NCBI GenBank assembly: GCA_964636225.1
Contig: CAZWQM010000007.1
Coordinates: 7,518-71,517 of the forward strand
Length of the DNA stretch: 64,000 nucleotides
From: an uncultured Thiotrichales bacterium
Lineage (GTDB): Bacteria > Pseudomonadota > Gammaproteobacteria > UBA4575
Reading direction: 5' to 3'
The notes below the pieces were generated by a model. It did no database searches, was not told the DNA's origin, and saw only the letters and a program-made list of their open reading frames with translations. Below are positions 1 to 10,285 of the stretch, piece by piece; position 1 is the stretch's first letter, and each line of letters opens with the position of its first letter. Made by a program: the position numbers and the translations under genes.

Positions 1-85
1 TTAATAGCTCTCCATGGGATAACAGGTTTTCACCAATGTGTATCGGGTAAGAGCGAGTGCCAAGATCAACTTTTAGAGTGCGCAT
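1..85 (-). CDS. aroB: 3-dehydroquinate synthase, N-terminal fragment (runs off the window)
   Basis: Manual translation from ATG at 85: MRTLKVDLGTRSYPIHIGENLL, a typical AroB N-terminus; directly downstream of aroK. Confidence 0.9.
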   Translation of the reverse strand, partial: MRTLKVDLGTRSYPIHIGENLLSHGELL

Positions 86-93
86 GTGATTGT

Positions 94-615
94 TTATGAA
101 TTTTTACTGCTGTTTACCTGTGTACAGATTTGTTCTATGGAAGAACTAATACTCTGGGTATTGGTATCGACAACCAAGTCTGAGATTTTCTCATAAATTG
201 CATTGCGTTCGTTAGCCAGTTTTTGCAGTGTAGCATGGCGATCCTGGGTTTGAAGCAATGGGCGTTTTTTATCGTGCCGGGTTCGTTTGATCTGTGAGTT
301 TACTGATGCCTGCAAGTATACAACAATACCGTTTTGTTTTATCAGATTCAGATTTTCCGGCACAAGGACTACGCCTCCTCCAGTAGCAATCACTGCATTT
401 TTGTGACTTACCAGATCTCTAAGAATTTTAGTCTCTCTTTGCCTAAAACTCTGTTCGCCTTCCAATTCAAAAATAGTAGTAATAGCAACACCGGTACGGT
501 CTTCCAAAACTTTATCGCAATCATAAAATTTACGATTTAATTGTTTGGCTAATCGTTTGCCGACGGAAGACTTACCTGCTCCCATTGGACCGATGAGAAT
601 AATATTTTTTGGCAT
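94..615 (-). CDS. aroK: shikimate kinase
   Basis: LIGPMGAGKS P-loop, IFELEGEQSFR, ATGGG, RPLL motifs; ATG at 615 preferred to TTG at 621. Confidence 0.96.
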   Translation of the reverse strand: MPKNIILIGPMGAGKSSVGKRLAKQLNRKFYDCDKVLEDRTGVAITTIFELEGEQSFRQRETKILRDLVSHKNAVIATGGGVVLVPENLNLIKQNGIVVYLQASVNSQIKRTRHDKKRPLLQTQDRHATLQKLANERNAIYEKISDLVVDTNTQSISSSIEQICTQVNSSKNS

Positions 616-667
616 AAGCAAAGTTAGGAGAGATTGCTTTAATTTTTTTATGCAAAATTCAGCTAGT

Positions 668-2812
668 CTATCGCGTCAGGTTGAGTTGTTCGTCAATGAT
701 CTTCGGTGTGATGAAGATTAGCAATTCCTGCTTGTCTTCGGTACGGCTGTCACGTCGAAATAGTCTTCCTGCTACCGGAATATCACCGAAGAATGGAACC
801 TTAGTATAGGATTCTGTATTTTCTTCAACATATATGCCGCCGAGGACAATAGTTTGACCATTGTCGACCAACACATTTGAGGTCACTTCATTGGTGTTAA
901 TACTTGGAACACCGGAAACCACATCGCCCACACTGTCATTTGTCACTGAGACTTCCATATTGACGCGGTCATCTGGGGTGATTTGCGGTGTGACTTCCAG
1001 AGACAGTACCGCCTTTTTAAATTCAACATCCGTAGCACCACTAGATGTCTGTGATACATAAGGGATCTCGGTACCTGACTCTATTCGTGCTGTACTTTGG
1101 TTGGCGGTAATAATGCGAGGATTCGACATCACTTCTGCCTTACTTTCAGCTTGTGCGGCAGAAAGTTCCATGTTTACAGCAAAGCCAAAAGGCAGCTTTA
1201 TGAACGACAGGGCAAACTGACCCGCCCTTGTAGCTTCAGCTAGAGGCAGGTTAACGTTCAATGTATCTTCAATTGGAATTGTATCGCCTGAAGTCAAAGG
1301 TTCTAAAAGATCCAGATTACCACCGGTAACATCTGCAACTTTGTTTTGAGCCAAGTCTTTACCATCAACATTAAATACACCAAATTTAGCACCCAAATCT
1401 TTACTAAAGTCATCATTGGCCACCACAATTCGTGATTCGATAAGGACCTGCTTGACGGGAATATCGAGTCGGTCAATTAAACGGCGAATCTCATTTAGTT
1501 TCTGTGCAGTATCCTGAATAAGCAGAGTGTTGGTTCGGTCATCGACACTCACCTGACCTCTTTCTGACAGCAAGGTGTTGTCTGTGTCCTTTAAAAGACT
1601 AGCGAGGTCTGCAGCTTTGGCATAATTAATTTCCATGAACTCGGAGCGTAACGGTGCTAGCTCTTCAACCTGTTGCTGGGACTCAAGTTCCAGCTTTTCG
1701 CGTGCCGCTATTTCCTCATTAGGCGCGATATAAAGCACATTGCCATTTTCACGCATACCTAAGCCTTTGGTCTTAAGGATAATATCCAGTGCTTGATCCC
1801 AGGGAACGTTCTTTAAGCGTAACGTTAAAGAGCCACCAACGGAGTCACTGACAACTAGGTTCAGTCCGGTAAAGTCAGCAATCAGCTGAAGAACAGAACG
1901 GACTTCGATGTTCTGGAAGTTTAAAGATAAGCGTTCACCCTCGTAGGTTTTCTTGCCTCGTGCCTCGACCAGTTCATTCGGAATCTCCCGCACTTCCAGC
2001 ACATAGAGATTATCCGATTGATAGGCCAGATGCGCATAATCTGATTTTGGATTCGGCTGTACTACGACTTGCGTGTTTTTACCTTGTGCTGATGGGGATA
2101 TGAATTCAACCGGAGTTGCAAAGTCTTTTACATCAAAACGTTTTTGTAAGGCTGGGGGTAGTTTTGTGTCTTCGAAACTAAGAATTATTTTTCCACCTTG
2201 TTCAGCCAGGCTTACAGGTATGTTTGGGTTGGATAAACTAATCAACACGCGACCCGCATTGTTATCGCCACGTCTGAAGTCGATCAGGCTGATGCTATTG
2301 TCAACGCTGGCCGTCGATGTGCGATTGCTTGAAGCTCTAGTTGGCGCTTTCTGTACCATGACTGGGTGACTGCTTGCGGGATCGCTGTCGCCGATTGTTA
2401 GAATAAAATTGTTTCCCTTAGCTTGAGTTTGATATTCCTGCAGTGAATTTAAGTTAACAACCACGCGAGTACGGCCATTTGATTGTACGGTGTTAATCGT
2501 TTTGGCCTGGCCGATATTTATATCCTGAAAGCGGTCTTTTACTGCAAGGTCAGTGTCCGCAAAGTCCAGAGCGATACGGGCTGGATTATCTGTAGTAAAA
2601 GCTAGTGGTTCGCTGGGAACAGTATCAAACACAAGAGTAATTTCAATCTGGTTGTCAGGTAATGCAGCAACCTTGACATCATTCAGTTGATTCTCGGCAA
2701 AAACTGTCGTGCTGAAGAATAGTAAGCAGATTCCCGACAAAAGCACACCCAGTACGTTTTTTAATGAGTATTTACTGTGTTTTGAGTAATTGATATCCAT
2801 GATGCTTACCAT
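668..2812 (-). CDS. pilQ: type IV pilus secretin
   Basis: AMIN domains, LSLNFQNIEVRSVLQLIADF, VPWDQALD, C-terminal secretin domain ending ELLIFITPKI. Confidence 0.97.
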   Translation of the reverse strand: MVSIMDINYSKHSKYSLKNVLGVLLSGICLLFFSTTVFAENQLNDVKVAALPDNQIEITLVFDTVPSEPLAFTTDNPARIALDFADTDLAVKDRFQDINIGQAKTINTVQSNGRTRVVVNLNSLQEYQTQAKGNNFILTIGDSDPASSHPVMVQKAPTRASSNRTSTASVDNSISLIDFRRGDNNAGRVLISLSNPNIPVSLAEQGGKIILSFEDTKLPPALQKRFDVKDFATPVEFISPSAQGKNTQVVVQPNPKSDYAHLAYQSDNLYVLEVREIPNELVEARGKKTYEGERLSLNFQNIEVRSVLQLIADFTGLNLVVSDSVGGSLTLRLKNVPWDQALDIILKTKGLGMRENGNVLYIAPNEEIAAREKLELESQQQVEELAPLRSEFMEINYAKAADLASLLKDTDNTLLSERGQVSVDDRTNTLLIQDTAQKLNEIRRLIDRLDIPVKQVLIESRIVVANDDFSKDLGAKFGVFNVDGKDLAQNKVADVTGGNLDLLEPLTSGDTIPIEDTLNVNLPLAEATRAGQFALSFIKLPFGFAVNMELSAAQAESKAEVMSNPRIITANQSTARIESGTEIPYVSQTSSGATDVEFKKAVLSLEVTPQITPDDRVNMEVSVTNDSVGDVVSGVPSINTNEVTSNVLVDNGQTIVLGGIYVEENTESYTKVPFFGDIPVAGRLFRRDSRTEDKQELLIFITPKIIDEQLNLTR

Positions 2813-2867
2813 TCCATTAAGGTGTTAATCAATCTTGATTGAAGTTTGTATTTAGTCATTGCTTTTA

Positions 2868-3431
2868 TTATTCACTGAGCGCAATCGATGAAGAGCGTTC
2901 TCGCCAACCCCCAAATTCATCCGGAACAATTTCAGCAAGCTCGACTTCATCTTCCGTGACTGAAATGATCTTGCCATTGTTTTGTCCAAGATAATTTCCT
3001 GCGAGGACTCTTTGAATTGTGTTATCCGGCGTCTTGATTAACGCCCATGTTTGATTATCCTGCTGCATGGTGCCTACCATGCGCAAAGTGTCCAATGGAA
3101 AGCTTTCCAGATATTCTGGAACTCTATTGCTATCCGGTGTGATACTTGAAAAATGCTTGGGCTTGGACTGGCCAATTTTGGGACGAAAAATGCTCGAATC
3201 GAATGGATCATGCTTGTCCGCATTGTTGTAGATAAACGTTTTGTAAGGAATCACTTCTGGCAAAGGTTCTACGCCTTTCTGTGGTCTTGACTTAACCTCA
3301 GCCACCCATGCCTCAAGATCAGCAGTGCCTTGAGAACATCCTCCGGACAGAAGCAGGATAAAGCAGGAGGCCAGAGCATATACCTGCTTTTTATAATTTT
3401 TAATAACCTGATTATTCACTTGTGTGTTCAT
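2868..3431 (-). CDS. pilP: type IV pilus lipoprotein PilP
   Basis: Lipobox-like LSGGC, EYLESFPLDTLRMVG, GNYLGQNNGKI; position in operon. Confidence 0.94.
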   Translation of the reverse strand: MNTQVNNQVIKNYKKQVYALASCFILLLSGGCSQGTADLEAWVAEVKSRPQKGVEPLPEVIPYKTFIYNNADKHDPFDSSIFRPKIGQSKPKHFSSITPDSNRVPEYLESFPLDTLRMVGTMQQDNQTWALIKTPDNTIQRVLAGNYLGQNNGKIISVTEDEVELAEIVPDEFGGWRERSSSIALSE

Positions 3432-3447
3432 TGTCTACGCGCAAGTC

Positions 3448-4041
3448 CTATTCTTCTTCGTTATCATCAAGATAGCGATATGTTTTGGCAGAAGCGTTCA
3501 TTGTCATCTTTCCACCATCCTTATCGTCCGGCTTAAGTTGTATATTGTGAAGCGTCACAATGCGTGGCAATGCGGCAACTTCACTGGCGAATGTCCCAAA
3601 CTGGTGAAAATCACCCTGCATAACAAGCTCAATGGATTTTTCCGCATAGAATTCTTTTTCGGATTCCGGCCCCGGTTTGAATAGTTTGACTTCAAGTCCG
3701 CTGGCAAGCGCTGTTTGAGAGATATCTACAATCAACGCAGGAATTTCAGTTTTACTGGGTAGCTGACGCAGCAGAGTACCAAATGTTCTGCGCATTTCTT
3801 CCAGCTGGGCTTTGTGCTCTTTTAAATTAGCCGCTTTTTTAACTTTAACTTCAAATGTGCTACGCAGTTCCATTTCCTTGGCTTTTGCCACATCGAAGTT
3901 GGCTAACTGGTCCTTGGTATTCAGATAAAATCCCAGGCCAATTACGGCCGCAGCAAGCAAGGCTACAAGCATAATTTTTACAGTTAATGGTGCGGTGCCA
4001 ATATTGTTAAAATCCAGATTATTTATATCGGAAAATGTCAT
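3448..4041 (-). CDS. pilO: type IV pilus assembly protein PilO
   Basis: LLRQLPSKTEIP, EFYAE, LPRIVTLHN, AKTYRY. Confidence 0.95.
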   Translation of the reverse strand: MTFSDINNLDFNNIGTAPLTVKIMLVALLAAAVIGLGFYLNTKDQLANFDVAKAKEMELRSTFEVKVKKAANLKEHKAQLEEMRRTFGTLLRQLPSKTEIPALIVDISQTALASGLEVKLFKPGPESEKEFYAEKSIELVMQGDFHQFGTFASEVAALPRIVTLHNIQLKPDDKDGGKMTMNASAKTYRYLDDNEEE

Positions 4042-4047
4042 ACTGAG

Positions 4048-4614
4048 TTATTCCTCTGCTGGTATTTCTTCTGGATTTGTTTGTGCAAGTTGTAATGAGA
4101 ATGAACTTACTCTAAGGCCATTATCTGTTTCGTCAGTGGATATCACACTTAGTTTTGGGTTGGTCAGCCATTCTGATTGTTCAATGTTTCTCATATAAGA
4201 TGATACGCGTGCGTTGGACTCTGCTTTACCTTCGAGATTAATCTGGTTGCCATTTTGTGTTAATTCAGACAGATACACACTGTCCGGCAGTGTTTTTACA
4301 ATTTCATCAAACAAATGGACAATGCTTGGACGTGTGGCCTGAAGGTTTTGGATTACCTCCATGCGTTCAACCAGCGCGCGTCTTGTTGCATCCAGCTTTT
4401 GAATTTCTTTGATCTTTTCATCCAGCACGACAATTTCATTGGTCAAGTAAGCGTTACGTCTTTCCTGGCCTTTAATTTTTGCGTCCACTTGAAAATGAAC
4501 TAGCAAAACGGCAAGGACTGCAACCGCTGCACCGGCAGCCAACATAATAAAAAATTCTTGCTGCTTTTCTTTTCGCAGTGTTGCGCGCCATGGAAGTAAA
4601 TTAATTTTAGCCAT
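4048..4614 (-). CDS. pilN: type IV pilus assembly protein PilN
   Basis: INLLPWR N-terminal motif, one TM helix, AESNARVSSYMRN. Confidence 0.96.
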   Translation of the reverse strand: MAKINLLPWRATLRKEKQQEFFIMLAAGAAVAVLAVLLVHFQVDAKIKGQERRNAYLTNEIVVLDEKIKEIQKLDATRRALVERMEVIQNLQATRPSIVHLFDEIVKTLPDSVYLSELTQNGNQINLEGKAESNARVSSYMRNIEQSEWLTNPKLSVISTDETDNGLRVSSFSLQLAQTNPEEIPAEE

Positions 4615-4619
4615 AATGT

Positions 4620-5681
4620 TTAATCAAAAGCCCTCAATGCTAGACCGCAAGCGATTAGTAGAGCTGGCGCATCCTGACCCAATGCCTGAGGGTTAACTTT
4701 TGCACCCAGCGAAACATGATTGAATGGATTCGCGGTGGTCACTGAGATACCTAATTCTTTCTGGATTCTTTCATCCAGTCCCGGGATAGAAGCACAACCA
4801 CCCGCAAGGACAATGTGGTCCACGGTCGAATGTTGACTGGCCGAGTAGAAAAACTGTAAAAAACGGTTGGCTTGCTGCGCGACCGTCAGCTTGAAAGGCT
4901 CCAGCAGATCAGTAATGTAATTATCGGGTAATCCCCCTTCTTTTTTGGCCAGACCTGCTTCTTCATATGTCAGACCGTACTGATGCATGATTTCTTCAGT
5001 CAATTGCTTGCCACCAAAAGGCTGTTCACGCGTATAGATCATGGTGCCGTTTTGTATGACGTTCAAACTGGTCATAGTGGAACCAATATCCAATATACCG
5101 ACGGTTTTATCAATGCCCTGCCCTGGAATCTTATCGGCCAATAGAGGATAAACACTTTCAATTGCGTACGCTTCCACGTCGACCACGACCGGCGTCAGTC
5201 CGGCCACTTTGGCAGCTGCCACTCTCATTTCAACATTTTCACTGCGTGAAGCAGCCAAAAGCACATCCACAGTATCAGGATTGCCCTCGGTTGGGCCAAG
5301 CACATTGAAGTCCAGATTAACTTCTTCCAGTGCATAGGGAATATATTGGTCAGCTTCGATTTGAATCTGGCCCTCCATCTCCGGATCCGATAGCGAGGAA
5401 GGCATTGTGATCACTTTGGTAATAACGGCGGAGCCGGCAACCGCTAATGTGCATTTTTTAGCCTTGGTGCCTGTTCGCTTGAGTACTTTTCGTATAGAGT
5501 TGCCAACCGCGTCTATATCTGAAATAACTTTTTCAGTGATACAGTTTGCCGGGAGAGGTTCTACACCATAATGTTCAACCCGGTATCCAGAACCGCTATG
5601 AGATAGCTCTAATACCTTTACTGAGGTTGAGCTAATATCAATCCCGATAACTGGATTTTTTCGCGAAGTAAATGGAAGCAC
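4620..5681 (-). CDS. pilM: type IV pilus assembly protein PilM
   Basis: Actin-like fold motifs GIDISSTSVK, DIGS, LAGGCA; ends ACGLALRAFD. Confidence 0.96.
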   Translation of the reverse strand: MLPFTSRKNPVIGIDISSTSVKVLELSHSGSGYRVEHYGVEPLPANCITEKVISDIDAVGNSIRKVLKRTGTKAKKCTLAVAGSAVITKVITMPSSLSDPEMEGQIQIEADQYIPYALEEVNLDFNVLGPTEGNPDTVDVLLAASRSENVEMRVAAAKVAGLTPVVVDVEAYAIESVYPLLADKIPGQGIDKTVGILDIGSTMTSLNVIQNGTMIYTREQPFGGKQLTEEIMHQYGLTYEEAGLAKKEGGLPDNYITDLLEPFKLTVAQQANRFLQFFYSASQHSTVDHIVLAGGCASIPGLDERIQKELGISVTTANPFNHVSLGAKVNPQALGQDAPALLIACGLALRAFD

Positions 5682-5745
5682 GTTTAGTTTCCGTTAGTTA
5701 TTTAGTGTAATTGTATTCTTTATAAAATTATGAGCCGAACTCTAT

Positions 5746-5769
5746 AACAAGATGTGTGAACAAGATGTG
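5746..5769. repeat. 11-bp direct repeat (AACAAGATGTG x2, 13-bp period) in the pilM/mrcA divergent promoter region
   Basis: Exact copies at 5746-5756 and 5759-5769. Confidence 0.6.
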
Positions 5770-5859
5770 AGTTTTTGACAATTTAACCTACCAGAGAACT
5801 CTTTCATATCTTTCTTGCCTTAGATTCGTAACTTACAGAATTAATAACATTTTAATCAT

Positions 5860-8331
5860 ATGTCATTGAACATAAAGTTGTTTAAACTGGGTTTTATCGG
5901 ATTAATCGTGATGTCCGTCGCAGTGGTCGCTGTTATCGCTACTGCTTACCTAATTTATTCACCTCAACTTCCTCCGGTAAGCTCTTTAAGAGACGTTCAA
6001 TTACAAACACCTTTGAAGGTTTATAGCCGTGAAGGCCAGCTCATCGCGCTGTTTGGTGAGAAGCGGCGAATTCCTTTGCATTATCAGGAACTTCCCCAAA
6101 CTATGGTCGATGCGTTCCTGGCTGCGGAAGACGATCGATTCTTTGAACATCCCGGAGTTGACTACCAAGGTCTGCTAAGAGCGGTGATTAATCTAGCCCT
6201 CACCGGACAAAAGGCACAGGGTGGTAGCACGATCACCATGCAACTGGCGCGAAACTTCTTTCTCACGCCAGAGAGAACCTACACACGTAAAATCAAGGAA
6301 ATACTCCTGGCGTTAAGAATCGAGGATGAGCTGACTAAACAGGAAATTCTCGAACTGTATTTGAATAAGATTTATCTTGGCCAAAGAGCTTATGGGGTGG
6401 GAGCGGCGGCGGAAGTTTATTACGGTAAAAGTGTTGATGAACTTTCGTTGGAACAAATTGCGATGATTGCTGGTTTACCCAAAGCACCTTCCAAATTTAA
6501 TCCCATTAGTAACCTCGAACGTGCAGCGGTACGTAGGGATTATGTTCTGGGACGTATGCTTGAACTTGAAAAAATTACACAGGAAGAATACCTGACCGCG
6601 ATTGCAACGCCGGTGGAAGCCAAACGCTATGCGGTCAAAATAGAAGTAAACGCACCTTACATAGGAGAAATGGTGCGTGCGCATATGATTGAATTGTATG
6701 GCGATGACGCCTATTCCGCAGGATACAATGTCTACACTACGATTGAGGCCAGTAAGCAACGCGCTGCGGAGGATGCGGTTCAAAGTGGTGTAATAGCCTA
6801 TGATCTGAGGCACGGATATGGTGGTCCGGAAGGCAGTATTCCAGTAGACAGGCTTAACGATGTTCAGGTATTGGCAGAGCTGGTGGCCAATATGCCCGAA
6901 GTGGGCGGGTTGAAACCTGGTGTAGTGGCTGAAATCAAGGAGGGCACAGCCATTGTGGCATTGGCCAAAGAGATTATTCAGCTTGACCTTAGTGGTGTGC
7001 AATGGGCCAGACAATACAAAACCCAAAACAGCATGGGCCCCAAAATCAAGGCTATCACCGATGTGTTGAAGATGGGTGACATTATTCGAGTGGTAAATAC
7101 CGCCAAAGGCTGGCAGCTACGTCAAATTCCTAAAGTCAGTAGTGCCCTGGTATCACTGCAACCGGAGGATGGGGCCATTCTGGCTTTAACTGGCGGGTTC
7201 GATTTTTATGCCAGTAAATTTAACCGCGTGACTCAGGCCAGAAGACAGCCCGGTTCCTCATTTAAGCCTTTCATCTATTCGGCGGCGATTGAAGCCGGAT
7301 TCACACCGGCCAGTGTGATCAATGATGCGCCGTTAGTGTTTGAAGATCAGGTAACCGAAGATTCCTGGCGGCCACAAAACTATTCCGGTAAATTTTTTGG
7401 GCCTACTAGAATGCGTCTGGCACTGACCAAATCAAGGAACATGGTGTCGATTCGGTTACTTAGAGATATCGGCCGCAAATTTGCAATTGATTATGCGGGT
7501 AAATTTGGTTTTGACACAGAAAGATTACCTAAAGATCTGACATTGGCGCTAGGCAGTGGTGCAGTGGAACCCCTAACGTTGGCCAATGCATATGCGGTAC
7601 TGGCAAATGGTGGTTATAAGGTCGATGCGTATTTCATAGATCGAATTGAGGGGCCTGACGATGAAGTTCTATTTAGGGCCAACCCAGTTCGTGTATGTGA
7701 TGAGGAATGCACACGCCTGGCCACTGAGATTTCCGTACATGCTGAAGAACGTGCCGAATTGGGGTTAACGGAGTCGATTGGTTCGGAAAATGCTGAAATT
7801 CGTATTGCCCCAAGGGTAATTTCTGAATCGAATGCCTACCAAATCGACAGCATGCTTAAAGATGTTATTAAATTTGGTACCGGGCAACGTGCCTTGACCC
7901 TGAATCGAAAAGATTTGGCCGGCAAGACCGGCACCACCAATGACCAGCATGATGCCTGGTTTGCTGGATATCATCCGCATGTGACGACCGTGGTTTGGAT
8001 GGGTTTTGATGAAAACCGCCCATTGGGACGCAATGAAGTCGGTGGCGTGGCGGCACTCCCGATCTGGATTGATTACATGCGTGTGGCGCTGCAGGGTGAA
8101 CCCTTGATTGAACGGGCATTGCCCCAGGATATGGTCATTCTTCGCGTAGATCCGGATACCGGCGCGATTGTGGACCAGGAAAGCGGCTACGGAATTGAGG
8201 AAGCCTTCCATATTGATCAGGTGCCAGGTCTGCAACGTTTTGTACCCTCAAGGCAGATTCATGTTGAGAACAACGACCCAGAAAATTTGGACACTACTCG
8301 CCCCATCAGTATTCCGGAGCAGTTATTCTAG
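5860..8331 (+). CDS. mrcA: penicillin-binding protein 1A
   Basis: Transglycosylase motifs EDDRFFEHPG and GGSTITMQ; transpeptidase motifs SSFK, SRN, KTG; divergent from pilM. Confidence 0.97.
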   Translation: MSLNIKLFKLGFIGLIVMSVAVVAVIATAYLIYSPQLPPVSSLRDVQLQTPLKVYSREGQLIALFGEKRRIPLHYQELPQTMVDAFLAAEDDRFFEHPGVDYQGLLRAVINLALTGQKAQGGSTITMQLARNFFLTPERTYTRKIKEILLALRIEDELTKQEILELYLNKIYLGQRAYGVGAAAEVYYGKSVDELSLEQIAMIAGLPKAPSKFNPISNLERAAVRRDYVLGRMLELEKITQEEYLTAIATPVEAKRYAVKIEVNAPYIGEMVRAHMIELYGDDAYSAGYNVYTTIEASKQRAAEDAVQSGVIAYDLRHGYGGPEGSIPVDRLNDVQVLAELVANMPEVGGLKPGVVAEIKEGTAIVALAKEIIQLDLSGVQWARQYKTQNSMGPKIKAITDVLKMGDIIRVVNTAKGWQLRQIPKVSSALVSLQPEDGAILALTGGFDFYASKFNRVTQARRQPGSSFKPFIYSAAIEAGFTPASVINDAPLVFEDQVTEDSWRPQNYSGKFFGPTRMRLALTKSRNMVSIRLLRDIGRKFAIDYAGKFGFDTERLPKDLTLALGSGAVEPLTLANAYAVLANGGYKVDAYFIDRIEGPDDEVLFRANPVRVCDEECTRLATEISVHAEERAELGLTESIGSENAEIRIAPRVISESNAYQIDSMLKDVIKFGTGQRALTLNRKDLAGKTGTTNDQHDAWFAGYHPHVTTVVWMGFDENRPLGRNEVGGVAALPIWIDYMRVALQGEPLIERALPQDMVILRVDPDTGAIVDQESGYGIEEAFHIDQVPGLQRFVPSRQIHVENNDPENLDTTRPISIPEQLF

Positions 8332-8340
8332 AATTTGCAA

Positions 8341-9408
8341 TCAGTTTTGTTTTATCGATGCGCTGTATTCATGCACATAATCGACCAGCGTTTTCATTTT
8401 CTCCGGCTCGATGGCCGGGTGAATACCATGACCCAGATTAAACACATGGCCGGTATCTTTACCGTAATCATCCAGGACTTGTTTGGCATGTTGTTTTATA
8501 GAGGTCTCCGAGCTATATAAAACAGCCGGATCGAGATTGCCCTGCAAAGCTACTTTATCTCCAATTATACGACTGGCTTCACCGATATTTACGGTCCAGT
8601 CGAGTCCAACAGCATTTGCGCCACTATTCGCCAACTCTGCCAGTGAGTGATTGGCACCTTTGGAAAATAAGGTCACAGGAATGGTCTGCCCATCGTATTC
8701 ACGATGCAACTTTTCAACAATACGTGTCATGGAACCCAATGAGAATTGGCGATAATCCTCAGGGGTCAGCGCACCTCCCCAGGTATCAAACACCATCACA
8801 GCCTGGGCCCCGGATTCGATTTGTGCGTTCAAATAGGTCGCTACGCTGTCACTTAGAATATCCAGCAATTTTTGCATTTCAGCAGGTCTGTCATACAGCA
8901 TACCTTTGACCTTGCTGAAATCTTTGGATGATCCACCTTCCACCATATAAGTAGCCAGAGTCCATGGGCTGCCTGAAAAACCAATCAAAGGCACGCGTCC
9001 ATTCAGTTCTTTTCGTATCAGCGACACGGCATCAGTGACATAACGCAATTCGCCGTCAGGATCAGGGACCGCAAGTTTATCAATATCGTTTACAGAGTTG
9101 ATGGGACGCGTAAAAACAGGGCCATCACCTTCCCGGAATTCCAGCCCCAATCCCATTGCGTCGGGAATGGTCAAAATATCAGAAAATAAGATTGCGGCAT
9201 CCAGTTCAAAACGATCCAGTGGCTGTAACGTCACTTCGCAGGCCAGTTCAGGCGTCTTGCAAAGGGTCAGAAAGTCTCCCGCTTTTTGTCGGGTCGCCCG
9301 ATATTCGGGTAGGTACCGACCGGCTTGGCGCATAATCCAGATGGGTGTTTTGTCGACGGGTTGGCGCAAAAGAGCGCGAATGAAGCGATCATTTTTTAAT
9401 GCAGACAT
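8341..9408 (-). CDS. hemE: uroporphyrinogen decarboxylase
   Basis: [29 protein letters not shown]. Confidence 0.98.
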   Translation of the reverse strand: MSALKNDRFIRALLRQPVDKTPIWIMRQAGRYLPEYRATRQKAGDFLTLCKTPELACEVTLQPLDRFELDAAILFSDILTIPDAMGLGLEFREGDGPVFTRPINSVNDIDKLAVPDPDGELRYVTDAVSLIRKELNGRVPLIGFSGSPWTLATYMVEGGSSKDFSKVKGMLYDRPAEMQKLLDILSDSVATYLNAQIESGAQAVMVFDTWGGALTPEDYRQFSLGSMTRIVEKLHREYDGQTIPVTLFSKGANHSLAELANSGANAVGLDWTVNIGEASRIIGDKVALQGNLDPAVLYSSETSIKQHAKQVLDDYGKDTGHVFNLGHGIHPAIEPEKMKTLVDYVHEYSASIKQN

Positions 9409-9488
9409 GAAAAAAATACGAATAGGTTATTGGCTTTCTTGATAGGCAAAGCGTAGCCGAAGATGAGTGGCAAGCGAAGCGATAATTA

Positions 9489-9944
9489 TTAGCTTAAGCG
9501 GGATTTGATAAGTTTGCTGACCTGGCTCATATCGGCACGTCCTTGCAATTCCGGCTTAAGTTCGGCCATAACAGCACCCATGTCTTTCATGGAGGTGGCT
9601 GAAGTTTTTACCAGCGCCTGTTCAATTAACTGGTTGATATCCTCCTCACTGAGCGCCTGCGGCAAATATTCACTAATGATGGCCAGTTCGGATTTCTCAG
9701 TGTCTGCCAGGTCTTCTCGACCCGCTTTTTCGAATTGCTCTATGGATTCGCGTCGCTGTTTGGCCATTTTGTCCAGAATACTAATCATATCTTGGTCGCT
9801 GACATCTGAGCGGGTATCGACTTCAACTTGCTTTACGGCGGATAGAATCAGGCGAATAGTTGCCAGTCGTTGTTTATCGCCAGATTTCATGGCAGACTTC
9901 ATTTCTGCCACGATTTGTTCTTTAAGTTTATTAAAATCAGACAC
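9489..9944 (-). CDS. GatB/YqeY domain protein
   Basis: KQRRESIEQF, YLPQALSEE, MKDMGAVM; usual position after rpsU. Confidence 0.93.
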   Translation of the reverse strand: MSDFNKLKEQIVAEMKSAMKSGDKQRLATIRLILSAVKQVEVDTRSDVSDQDMISILDKMAKQRRESIEQFEKAGREDLADTEKSELAIISEYLPQALSEEDINQLIEQALVKTSATSMKDMGAVMAELKPELQGRADMSQVSKLIKSRLS

Positions 9945-10160
9945 TTAGTATAGGCGTCTGCGCTTAAGCGTGGTGCGAAATACGCGCTTCAGATTGCGCT
10001 TGACTGCGGCAGCAGCTTTACGTTTACGTACAGAAGTGGGTTTTTCGTAGAATTCTCTACGGCGGACTTCAGTTAAAACGCCGGCTTTTTCGCAGGATCT
10101 GCGAAAGCGGCGCAGTGCCACGTCGAATGGCTCGTTTTCTTTTACTCGTACTCCAGGCAT
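9945..10160 (-). CDS. rpsU: 30S ribosomal protein S21
   Basis: [20 protein letters not shown]...EFYEKP. Confidence 0.99.
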   Translation of the reverse strand: MPGVRVKENEPFDVALRRFRRSCEKAGVLTEVRRREFYEKPTSVRKRKAAAAVKRNLKRVFRTTLKRRRLY

Positions 10161-10285
10161 AAATCCTCGTTACTCTATCGTGATGAATTGTGAAAAAGAC
10201 GGAGGATTATAATTACGCTATGCTCGATTACAACTGAAAAACTGACTTTTTCCATACTTTTCCACAGGGAAGTGCAAAAAATCTT

